From Lytechinus pictus (taxonomy: Eukaryota): DNA of 64,000 bases. A model generated the notes under the pieces. It saw only the letters and a program-made list of their open reading frames with translations. It ran no database searches and was not told where the DNA came from. The stretch covers positions 7,690,001 to 7,754,000 of the forward strand of contig NC_087249.1 in the NCBI RefSeq assembly GCF_037042905.1, given 5' to 3'. The translations under genes and the position numbers were made by a program. Below are positions 50,565 through 62,304 of the stretch, piece by piece (position 1 is the first letter of the stretch; each line of letters starts with the position of its first letter).

Positions 50565-52899
50565 TATATGGGCATTTTCACGGTAACTGACATTACACGG
50601 CACAATGTTTTCACACCTTTCATTGTGTGTATCTCTAAAACAACAAATGATGGGAGTTTGCTTTTGATAGAGTTAATAAAGTGAACCTTGCTGTATAACC
50701 TGATACTAAGTTTTCCTATGTAACCACATTTTTTTACGCATCAGCAAGCAAAAATGTGTCGGTAACTGACATTACGCAAAAGGACATGCAATTTCAGGGT
50801 GTTCATTAAAATTAAAATATCTCATGTCCCTGAGTAGATAGAGTAATAATTTGAATATGTAAATATACCTCTGTTACTAGGTTAAGATGTGTCAAAATAT
50901 TAAACAATTCGTTTTTGTCTTTTGGGGGCTATGATAATTTTTCCACAACCATGCTGGTAACTGACATTACGGTAACTGACATTACACTTAATTTGCCATA
51001 GAGATAACACATGGAAGTCAAATGTGTGGAATCATTGCATTGTATCTTCTGTGCAGAGCTTCACATGAAAGTGAGCTTGATGTGGAAGTATACCCGAGTT
51101 TCTAGGAACATTTCAATGAAAAAACTTTTTCTTTTTCTTAATTCCTTTCTTTGATTTGAACATTTTTATCATTACTTGTCGGTAACTGACAATACACATT
51201 AACATTTACTAGTGCTATATGATTTTCAAAGGCATAATTTTCTTGGTACTTATATGTAAGGCTTTTTAAAATCATAAAAAGTTTCATGATACTTCACATT
51301 TTTAATTATCAAAAGATAAGAAATGTATGTTTTACTTACTCGGGGGGGGGGGGGGGGGTCATAGCAGCTACATGTTTCCCTATAGTAATTTAATATTGCA
51401 TTGACTGTACACATGGATTTTTCTGACTGTACACCCATAATATATTCATCAGTTTTATATTGACTTTTTAAACCTTTTCCTTCTCCAACCTCCCCCTCCC
51501 CTCAAAAAAGGCAAAATGAATAAGGGTATCCTCCCCTAGGCTACATGTACCCCTCCCCTGAATCTCATGCAGCCATGTAGTTTTATTGATTTCTATTCTG
51601 GTCAGTGCAAGCGATGCTTGTTCATATCTGTCGGATTTCAATTCTCTTCATAATTTGTTTAATCATTTTCTTTGCTAATTTCTTTTTTAAGCTGTCAACA
51701 AAAAATAAACTCCAGCTTCTAAACTGAAACTGAACTATTTGTAAATTAGAAAAAAAAACAGTTTTAGTAGATCCATGCAACATTAATCAGAACTGTCAAA
51801 TTTCACTTTTCATCTATACTTGTAAACCAAAAACAAAATTGTATCACACATCCACACTACTAACAGGTATAAAAACCAGGAATTTACTTTTAGCGAGGCA
51901 ATGCTCAAAAGAATCCTAGAAACTAAAAAAGGGACCCTGGAAATCCCCTTCATCACAATGTTAAGCTTAAAAAATGTTGCAGATTTAGGCAATAGGTTGG
52001 GAAAAGTACCCCCTACCCCCCCCCCCCCCCCCCGAAAACCAAACAAAAAATTGTCTGATACAATTAGGTACTTGGTAAGTGCATGTACAAAACAATTTCA
52101 TAGTAATTTTTTTTTGCCTGATGGGAATGCAACTTCCTTCATAATTTCATATAGTATTCCTTGTGAACTATACCTTTTAAAAGTCAATAGCAAGCTCCTT
52201 CTGGTGTGACTTTTAAAGTAAAAGACTTAAATAACAAGTATACAATATTTCTTCACCATAAAATTGACCACATATTTGCATTTCAATATTGGTAACCAAC
52301 GTTTTATCATGGTAACTGACATTACATCTCGGTAACTGACATTACATTTTCCACTTGGTAACTGACATTACATATATTTAATGGTACCCTATGGCTTCAT
52401 TGTTAATTGGTAATCTTTAATTTTGGTGTAGAAGGGAGGGGTGTTACCTAGAGAGGAAATCTACCAAGTTTCATTTAATATATCCTCTTTTCCAGGAAAT
52501 TAGAAAAAAAAGTTCATGTTTTCGGTAACTGACATTACATACCATATCACATACTTCATCAATGTTTTTTTATCAGATGAATGAATTACTGGTGTTCCTT
52601 TCTGTGGGATTTTAAAAAGTGTTATAATAGCAAGCTAAATCACAGGCGAAAACATCATGATCAAACCTGTTCTTTAAAAATCTGTCAAAACAAAATATGT
52701 ATCAATATACTATTTTCAACACTAATTTGTATCCATACTTTGGCAGCCATTTTGAAATAAAAAATGGCTGCCAGAGTCGGAAATTTTTTTGTCTCGGAAA
52801 CTTCAGGTCTTGTTTTATTAAAAAACATAAAGCATTTGACATGAATATCAACTTGATTTTTTTGCCTCTGTGTCCATCTGTGGTGAAAATGCCCATATA
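50565..52899. mobile_element. ~2.3-kb non-autonomous DNA transposon in a TA/TATA target, with a repeated GGTAACTGACATTAC motif
   Basis: Perfect 17-bp IR TATATGGGCATTTTCAC / GTGAAAATGCCCATATA; about nine copies of the 15-mer; no transposase ORF. Confidence 0.75.
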
Positions 52900-53459
52900 C
52901 TGAAGTTATCAAATGAATATCTCTAAAATGACGTCATTTTTAAAAGGTCACCTGACATCTACAACCCTTTCTTTTCGATTTACATGACTTGAAGCCGGTA
53001 TTCCGGATATTAGGGTATGTGCGCATTCATGGCAAAGCCATTTTTCTGGCTTTTCGGGTTCAAAGGGTTAAAACTTCATAGCCTTCAAGGGTTTAATGCA
53101 TGTTATCTGCAAATGGATATACAGCAGTGTAACATCAAGCACATGCAGTTTGTACGAGATACCATCTGCCCACAAGCTCATTGTATTTGTAACATCACTG
53201 AGATGTGTTAATCCTGAGAGATTGGTCAACCGAAGTGTACTAAACACTGCACATTAAACATGGTGTTTCACTTTCAAAACTATTAAAACCTCATTGAAAC
53301 ACTTCAGTTTTCATGTGATCTCACCGATACATGTCCTTCTGCTGATCTATCATTATTCTTCCCTGCGCTTCGGATTCAGAGGAATATTTCTGTAATTTTT
53401 CAATTTCCTTCAAGGCCATGCTATCTTGTGTATCTTCAGGAATTATTGGTCAACCAACA

Positions 53460-53638
53460 GGTTCCATGATATTTGCTCCGCTCTAAATTCCATACACCAA
53501 TCGAAGGACCAACTTCAACCCTGGGTTTAACACTATACCCTACCCTAAACCTAACCCTATTGCAACCCTCACCCTAACCATACATATGCACGATATTAAG
53601 CCTGGAGCAATTGTCGCAGGAGCAAATGTCGTGTCATC
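53460..53638 (+). mobile_element. AACCCT-core element with perfect 8-bp TSD
   Basis: AACCAACA|GGTTCCATGATATTTGCTCC ... CCCTAAACCTAACCCT ... GGAGCAAATGTCGTGTCATC|AACCAACA. Confidence 0.8.
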
Positions 53639-56259
53639 AACCAACAAGCCTTTTAAGGCAAAGAACATTGGTGGTGCACGCATTATGAAACGCGTGATTA
53701 CATCATAATTCTTATTATGAAACTATTAAAATGTAGTTTATAGAGGCCACAATGCACTGCATGAAGCCCAACTCACTCTCCTATTCTCATCACACACAAA
53801 ACCTGCCATGAAACCATCCATTATCACCAGATTACACCCACTCCGCCATCCATCCCGTCCCGCGACTGGTTGCTAAGATACCGCATCATGATCTCATCAT
53901 GCGACAAGCCTCGTCCATGCATGACGATGATCACCGATAACCCCTTGGTATTAATCAACTAATGTACATTCACGCACCCACCCTCGGGACAGTAGATCAA
54001 TGCAAATTTATTTAACCCACCTCGGGCATCTCTTTCATATATACGGCACAACGTGGTGCTCAACTTAACCTGTCATTTTCTGGATTCTGTAATTCGGATA
54101 GGCTTTGTACATGGACTACCTGGTTGCAATAGGCAATGGCTTAAGACTAAAATATTTTAATTAATCTGAATGTTTCTCTCTACTCTCGAAAGCCTTGATC
54201 AAAGAGATCATCATAAGATATGAACCCCTTACAGCGGAATGAAGTGAATTTGTCAATTTTGAATTTGACATGAGCACCACAAGGAAAGATGTTAGGATAT
54301 TCAACAAAAATCTAAAAAAAAGATACATTGAAAACTTTAAATACCTCAGAAAATGATATCAAGCGTTACACTACCAAGAAAAATAATCCACAATTCAATC
54401 GATGTTGATTTGTATATAACCTAATGACAAGATTTCCTCCCAATTAAAAAAAATCAAATGAAGATGTTGCCTTTATTTGTATCAGAAATGTCACAATTTC
54501 AAGTAGAATAATTTCAATGAGAAAAAATATTTCTGCTTTAATATCCCTTTCCTGTTTATATGATTGTTTGATATCTGGAGATGGATAAGTTAGAATGTAA
54601 TATTTTTTTTATATATAAGTATGTGTTTAGTGCAATAATTCAGTTGCTAAACAGGTAAGGTTCACATTCATTATACTGTTGTCCAATACATTCTCTTTTT
54701 ACCCTGGGTTTTCAAAGCGATTGTGAAAGAAGCATTTATTTATTTAAAAGTATCAGTCTATTTGCTGCATTCCATAAATTAAGGGATTTGTTATCTTAAA
54801 TCGAATCCCATGATAGTCCAACTATATAATGCTTGATTTACTAATCTACAACACTTTCAGTCACAGTGTACATGGTGAATATTATAAAACAGGTTGGGAT
54901 TTTAAAATGAATGCATATGTTTGGTCAAAAATGTTTCTGAACAGGCATGTAATATTCTGCAAGTGAAAATGAAAGAGAAAGGTTGTCAAACCTCTTTGCA
55001 ACCAGTTTGTACGCCTTGACACCTCCACTTTTGAGATGACGAGGTGGAAGGCATCTTTCACGGGGTATGTCAACGTAGATGTGGGTCACCATGGCTGCTC
55101 ATCAGCTCTCCCATCCGTATTCAAGTACCGTCTAATATTTCACACCCGATTTGCTTCTTTGAAATCCCCAACACTTCAAGGATGCAAAAGTCAGTCCAAA
55201 CTTGGTCATGCCCGCATCCCGATACTCTATCTGCGAAGCGTTATGATCCGGTTTGTCGTGTCTTCACCTGAAAGTCTTGAATTACGGTGAAGCGATAGGG
55301 CGCGGTGCCTGTGGATGCTGCTGATGCCGCGTAAAATCTCCGTTGATGCCACTCACACCGTGCCACCTGCATGCCTTCCCGAGCATTGAATGTCCCAGGC
55401 AGCACTGCACTCGCCTGGCCACAAGGACATTAAAACCATGAGAACTGCCACCTGCCTTCGACAACTCATTTTAAACATGAAAGAGGGTTGCTTAATGAAG
55501 GACCAATTGACAACGAGGCAGACAGAACTACCCAGCCGTCATCGTCACACCATCCACAAAATTAAAATATAATGGAATAGATACATCACGGAAATTAGAT
55601 CTGAGATAAATGACGCACATCAGGGTCCGGCGACACAATGCATGGACATCGGTCGTACAATCGATTTTTATAAATCATTGCACAATACCAGAAATGTAAT
55701 CAATCATAAATATCAGTCTTTTGTTCAATTGCTATACTTCGCATTCCAGGGCCCCAGATGAGCAGTTTTCAAACTACTGCGCTTGTCATCTGGTGTACAT
55801 TAAATAGTGATTTTGATGCATCTGTGTCATTTACAGTGACCTACATAGGGGTGCCATTTGTTATAAGGCCAGTGAGAAATCAAAGTAATATCTCTCAAAC
55901 ATGATAATTCTATAATTTAGGAGACTAAAACCGAATACAAAACAGTATGCCAGATTTCTGATAAAGAAAAGTTTGTTTCACATGCTGATCATCTTGCTTT
56001 ACACAACAGGCAATGTAACAGTTCATCTGGTTCCAACTTGAAATTATCTGTATTTCCAAAATTGTCAAATGGCATAATCAGAATGTTTTGCTTCTAATAT
56101 TTTTATTTCTATTTCTTTCTCTAAAATTAGATTCTCACAAAAATATGATGTAGCATAGAATTTTATTACTTGATTGGCTTTAATTGTTTTTTTCCCAACA
56201 AGAACAGGGCTCTATTCTAAGCAGTTTTGTGCTATTCAATAGAGTTGATGCTGTCTAGG

Positions 56260-56445
56260 CAGGGGTGTGAGTGGTCGATCACAAATAAAAAGATCTGAAA
56301 AAAGCTGAAGTGTTGAAAAAGTCTGAAATAGAAAGAGCTCCCATACTTTTTGTACAGAGGAAGGCCAAAAATAAGCTGAAATTAAGCTGAAAATCAAAAC
56401 AAAAAAATCTGAAATCAGATAAAAATCTGAACTCTCACACCCCTG
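56260..56445. mobile_element. hAT-like MITE with perfect 8-bp TSD
   Basis: TGTCTAGG|CAGGGGTGTGAG ... CTCACACCCCTG|TGTCTAGG; internal CTGAAA repeats. Confidence 0.88.
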
Positions 56446-56585
56446 TGTCTAGGCTACAATCTTTTTAAGGCAAAAATACTTTCACTCAAAATCTCAAATA
56501 CAGTTTTTGTTTCATCAACAGCAAATTATATCTAAAAACTAGAATAAACATATTTTTTTTCTAAATATTGATCATTTGATATTGA

Positions 56586-56789
56586 CCTACCACACAGAAA
56601 CGTTGTTAGCGCTAACAATGCGCTAAAATAGAGGCCCTGTAACAACCGGTAATGTGGCAGTGATGCTTGATGTTACAACAATGCATAACTTACACATTGA
56701 AATAAATGTTTTTGACTTCACAATCCAAAAGATGTGACTGGGCTTACTGTTAGCACTCTGTTAGGCTAACACTGGTTCAGTGTGGCAGG
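56586..56789. mobile_element. Degenerate MITE
   Basis: Imperfect TIR CCTACCACACAGAAAC / GGTTCAGTGTGGCAGG. Confidence 0.5.
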
Positions 56790-58389
56790 CACAGGTGTAT
56801 ACTATCACTGAAAAAGAGGTAATATTCAAGTTAAACAAAAATGTGCATTGCCCCTGTCATTTTAAGTGGTTATTTGACATTCTAGTTTTTAGAGTATAAC
56901 TAACTCGGTCCACAGGTAGTTGTGACCTCTATCTGGCACTGACACAAAGGCCACCAAAGAATATTATCCTCCAAAATGATAATTAAACACAAATCGGGCC
57001 AACTTTCCAGTATCAGCCATCAGATAATATGGTTCAGAGATTTTATACAGTTTCTGACCTAAATTAGATTATGTGATTCATTAAGATTATATTTAAAACA
57101 CATTTGTTGAAGATAGACATGATATCCTTCATATTGTAATCATTTTTTTACATAGAACTTTTACCTACAACATGCGTTTATGTTGTTCATTTTTTGTATA
57201 CACTTCCTTCTATTAATACTAATAAATCTCTAGTTCTCCGCTCCACCAAATGGGGAAGTTGATTTGAAATACAAACATCAACTTCTCATGGTAAAAAATT
57301 AAAAAATGTTATCTTAATGACAATTTAAAGCTTTGCTTACAAAAAAATAATTGAACATCAACAGTCAAATGTGAGTTTTTTTCCGTTGAACACACTATAA
57401 TCTTTTGTATTTTTCATTTAATCACCCCAAAATAAAACAATGAAAATTTATGGGCAAGAAGTTAAATTATGTTTAATAATATTGTAAAAATTTGAATATT
57501 TTTTATGACATACAAAAGAAATATAGTAAATATATGACATAATTGAACCTCCCTCATAATGTAGTACATGAACCAAGCAAAAATGCCAAAGGCCTAGCTT
57601 TCCTATTTCAAACTAGAGTTTAATAATTCAGTGTTGTTTTATTTGTCTCATTTTATCAAAATCAACCTGTCAAAAGTTGGCCTTTAAATTGCCAAAAGTT
57701 TCCAAGGGCAAATTTCATCTCCCAAAATAATAAGTATTATGGCAAGTTCCATGAGAAACTACAGATCAAGAATGATTTCTGCTATTATTCTCTGAATTCA
57801 TACTACATGTATACTCTTCAGCCTCAGGCATGAATCATATCACCCCAAACAGGTAAAAAAAAATGCGATTGTTTGATATATGCTCCATGCAGCATTTGCT
57901 GCAACCAAAAATTCACACATTATGATAAACATAGAACCTAACCTTGGCCTTAAAAGTAATATTAATCCTAACCCTAATCCAAACATCATTCTGCAACAAA
58001 CACCCTTTCATAACCCTAACTATCTTCAGAAAAATCGTCAGGGAAATTGTTGCAGGAGCAATGCCTCATTTCAAAAATGGAATACAAAATATCTTTACTC
58101 CAAATCCCTGAAAGCAACACTATCTAGACCAATATATCATGATCAACAATGTGAGCTAGAATGTAGAACAACCCCAGTTTATCAACCCCATTTTTAGATA
58201 GGCATTCCCTGGGAATGAAACGCAACGCAAATGGAACCGATAGATCATAGTCTTACTGAAGACATTTTTTGGAGCGCACAGTTTCCATCCATGATTGGAG
58301 AGATATGATGTATAATTCTTGATAAATTTCAAGTATCAGGATTTAAGTTCGAACTTATCCACTTTTTTGTGGTTAGGTTTCAATGAATT

Positions 58390-58452
58390 TAAGAAAGAAA
58401 GAAATGAAGGAAGGAAAGAAGGAAACAAAGAAAGAAAGAAAGAAAGAAAAAA
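58390..58452. repeat. (AAAG/AAGG)n microsatellite
   Basis: Purine tetranucleotide repeats; similar tract at 41840-41910. Confidence 0.8.
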
Positions 58453-58572
58453 AGGCAAAAAAATGAATTATAGAAGGAAAGAACAGGATGCAAATGTTAA
58501 AGAATTTAAATCAAAATAAGGAATGATCTCAGGCGTCGGGGGAGGTGTGGGCAGCTTCAAATCTACCGACTA

Positions 58573-59220
58573 CCCGGGGGGGGGGGGGGGGGGGAGGGCA
58601 CTCACATATATTGGTGGTACAGGGACGTGCCGCTTTGATGACACCCTTTTTCAGACCTAATTTTCGGTTCTCGAGATACTCCGAATGACAGTTCTGGGGC
58701 CCATTTCATAAAGAGTTACAACTGATTAACTCTGCCATTATGGCAAATACCATGGTAACCTTGGTTATGATTGGCTGCTGAGCCCTGTTGCCATGGTAGT
58801 TGCCATAATGGCAAAGTTACAACAGTTGTAACTCTTTATGAAACGGGCCCCAGTTCAGAAGCCGTCCAGCCCCGCTCACAAGACCCCTGTTACGAGGAAT
58901 CTCAGTTCCCCAGCCCTGCCAAAATTGTCAAGCGCGAGCACCACATGCGAGAGATGCACACTTGGCTTCGCAAAATTTCCCTCCATATAACTAGTAACCG
59001 CTCCATGCATGGCGGTAGCATGCACAGCGGTAGCATGCACCGTACCTAGAGTGCCGCGATCCCGTTCCGTAGACCCTGTTTTTCACACCGCCTGGTATAT
59101 ATTTAGTTCCCAAGACCCCATACTTTACCATTGTAGTCAGTTCCTTAGACCCCCATTTCAGAGTTTTGTGAGGCACGCCCCCATCCCAAAATAATTTGAG
59201 CGCCCCCCCCCCTCCCCCGT
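58573..59220. mobile_element. CCCGGG/poly-G-terminus element with a nested MITE
   Basis: CCCGGG(G)n-GCACTCA left end, TGAGCG-poly-C right end, decayed TSD ACCGACTA/GTCGACTG. Confidence 0.65.
58697..58849. mobile_element. Nested Harbinger/Tourist-like MITE
   Basis: ctg|GGGCCCATTTCATAAAGAGTTACAAC ... GTTGTAACTCTTTATGAAACGGGCCC|cag. Confidence 0.85.
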
Positions 59221-59671
59221 GTCGACTGCTCCTCCCTAGTTCCCAGTTCCCCCTGTCTCTCTCTCTCTCTCTCCCTCTCTATCTATCCTATCTTTCTCTC
59301 TCAACCTAAAGTGCCTCTTCTAAATCATACCATAATGACACATTCATCAAATACCTGCCACTCTCATAATTTCAAAATGTAATAAAGAGTACAGGGGGGG
59401 GGGGTGTAACTGTGATAATAAACAAGTACAAAGGATTTCTCAACCTAATATTATTTCAAGAGGGAAATTACAAATGATGTTATGAAATACAGACCAAGCT
59501 CATTTTGGATCCAACAGGAAATTTCAACCATATTTCACAATCACAGCATGATGTGTGAAGGTGAATTTGACAGCTATGCTATAGTGTAAATACGCAAACT
59601 GATGAATACCTTTTTATAATTATGTGAAATTGTAATTACATGTATTTATGTACAAGCCTTATTATATACAT

Positions 59672-60172
59672 GTAGAATTATAACGAGTATAGAGATCGAG
59701 GCAAAATTGACACGTCAAAGAATCTTGAACAGACTTTGTCATAATATTTTTACAAGCTGAATGTCATAATTACAATCAATACATCATTTACGTATGATCT
59801 ATTATAACTAGTATACAGTTCGAGGCAAAATTGTCATGTCAAGAGTTTTGAAGAGACTTTAATTGTCATCATACTTTTCCAAGCTGAATGTCATAATTAT
59901 GGAATTAAAATCATTAGTAATCATAAACGTATGATTTATTATAACTAATACACAATTCGAGGCAAAATTGGCACGTCAAAGAGTCTTGAAAAGACTTTGT
60001 CTTCATAATTTTACAAGCTGAATATCATAATTATGTAATTATAATCATGTAGTAAGTATGATTTTGTATATAGAATTATAACTAATATACAAAATTGACA
60101 TCAGAGTCTTGAAGGCACTTTGCCTTCATATTTTTACAAGCAGAATGTCATAATTATATAATTATTATCATT
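59672..60172. repeat. Degenerate tandem repeat, about four units of 120-140 bp
   Basis: Recurrent ATTATAAC...CGAGGCAAAATTG...AGACTTT...CAAGCTGAATGTCATAATTA. Confidence 0.85.
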
Positions 60173-60404
60173 ATGTGTATATCTGAAGGAGAAAAAGAGA
60201 TTAAAGTCGTAGATTCAGTATCATGAAAATAACAGATAAATATATAATGACGAACTAAACTTGAAGGCAAGAACATCAATCAAAGCAACATGCGCAACCA
60301 TGAAGGTAATGGACCAAAAGAACAATTTTCAATGTGAAATGCTGTAATCATACAAGGAAACTGGACAGCATGCAGCAAAGATTTCCCTTTCTATAAGCAA
60401 GTAA

Positions 60405-60908
60405 TATGCTTTTCACACTGCACTTTTTGTCCTTAACCCCGGGAAATTGGTGGGGCTAAGGGGGGGTCTTAGCCCCACCAATTTCCCGGGGTTCAGCTTA
60501 GCCCACTTCGTTTTCACACTACGTTTGAGCAAAGTGGGCTAGCACGGTAAATAGTACGGTACTATCTGGCCCTGCAAAAAAGCAGGGTTAGCCGGCTTAT
60601 TGTGGTGCTATCACCACAATTGCGGTGCTAAGAGATGCAGTGTGAAACGAAACAGGGCTAAGCAAAAGTGGGGCTAAGCATTAGCCAATCACAGAAGTCG
60701 AAATTGCACATTAATCGCACTCTGTATGGTAAAATCATCAATATTTATGAGCTGTGTGATTGCCCGGGGTTAAGGCGTTAACCCCGGCTAAGCAAATAGT
60801 ACGGGGTTAAGAAAGAAAGTGTGAATCAAAAAAAAGATAGTATGGGGTTAAGGATAGTCCGGGGTTAAGGATAGTATGGGGTTAAGGAAATGCAGTGTGA
60901 AAAGCATA
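60405..60908. mobile_element. Harbinger-like MITE with TAA TSD and GGGGTTAAG subrepeats
   Basis: TAA|TATGCTTTTCACACTGCA ... TGCAGTGTGAAAAGCATA|TAA. Confidence 0.85.
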
Positions 60909-61238
60909 TAAGTCAACAGAAATAACTTTCTAAGCTAAATGCCAGGTTATATGACAGCAAAAAGGGACAACCAGAGCAATTTTACAAACAACTTAAGAGT
61001 TATAGTGATGAATTAGATTTGACAGGAAGAAAAATTCTCCATGGTAAATGCGATATGAACAGCAAGCCAACATATGATATTTTGATGAATGTCTTTCTGG
61101 TAAGAAATTCTAAAGGAGTATAATTGTTCAGGAATATTATTGGGAATGGTTTGCCATTACACTGGCAAAAAACAACAACAAAACTGGTATTTTCTTATCA
61201 AAGTAGATCAGGGTTAATTTCCAGATCAGATAATACCT

Positions 61239-61513
61239 GGGCCCGTCTTACAAAGAGTTACGATTGATCCGATCAACCACAACTATGGTAAGCCAGCAAC
61301 GTCAACATCTAAAATGCATGTTTGTTCAAAATATTTTCTACATACACTGTATATGCTGTTTCTGCATACATTCATTGCTTTCTTGAAAAGTGAGGGTGCT
61401 CCTCTTTGCTTACAAAGGACATTGCAAAAACTTCCTGTTGAAAAATATATGACACTGTCAATGGATTTCAATACATTTGAGGTTGATCGGATCAATCGTA
61501 ACTCTTTGTAAGA
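61239..61513. mobile_element. Family D MITE, right terminus clipped
   Basis: GGGCCCGTCTTACAAAGAGTTACGATTGATCCGATC ... GATCGGATCAATCGTAACTCTTTGTAAGA. Confidence 0.8.
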
Positions 61514-61963
61514 GTATTCTCTAACTTCTAAAAGCAGCTCCTGAACAATAAAAGCGTCTAGAAGAATCAACCGCCCTGACTGAAAGGAAGCAGCGCAATG
61601 GGTGCTTTAAGAAACGTTTATGTTACTAGAGTTAGACAGCGCCATGCCGCCATAACAAAAATAATACATGCAACTGACACATTTTGGCATTTGAAACATC
61701 AAATCACGTTTTAATCGCGATATAAAATAATCTAGTGTGGGCTCTGTTTTAGCACAAAACAAAATAGGCCTATATGAATACTTGATGATTTAAGCAAACA
61801 TGTTCCACACGGATTTTCCTAACTGCCACATATACTAAAAAAATTCCTAGAAATCCCCATTCATCACAAATTTAAATTATGCAGTAATTTGTGAAAAGTA
61901 GCCCCTGAACAAAAAAAAATAATTTTTTGCCTGAAGTGGAATATGTATTTAAAGTGGACCAAC

Positions 61964-62304
61964 CTTCCGTTGACAGGGAAACAAACGGCCGATAAATCTC
62001 TGCATTCCTCAGGTGAGAGTTCTTCAAGACTGAATGCTGTTGGCAGGTGGGACCCTCCGACTGCAGACGTGATGGTGAAGCAAGCCATATCATTGGGAGA
62101 TGAAGCAGCAAAGTCCAACTCCAAGAGAACATCATGGAAGTCGCTCAGAAGCGCTTCATCCTCGTCATTCTCGTCGTCGTTCTCCTCCTCCTCCTTCACA
62201 GGCGCGTCAAGGCGTGGGAGGGCATCATCGAATAGGGAGAGTTGAGGCAGGGATCTGGGTGATGAGGAGGCAATTGCTTCGGGAATGTTCTCTTGCTCGA
62301 TCAT
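61964..62304 (-). CDS. Candidate distal first coding exon MIEQENIPEAIASSSPRS...EEEENDDENDEDEALLSDFHDVLLELD...PVNG(R), phase 2 end; in-frame upstream ATG at 62370
   Basis: GC-rich stop-free frame, GAAGCCATG start context, donor AAG|GTtggt at the point where composition turns AT-rich; link to the GRAM gene inferred from strand and phase. Confidence 0.65.
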
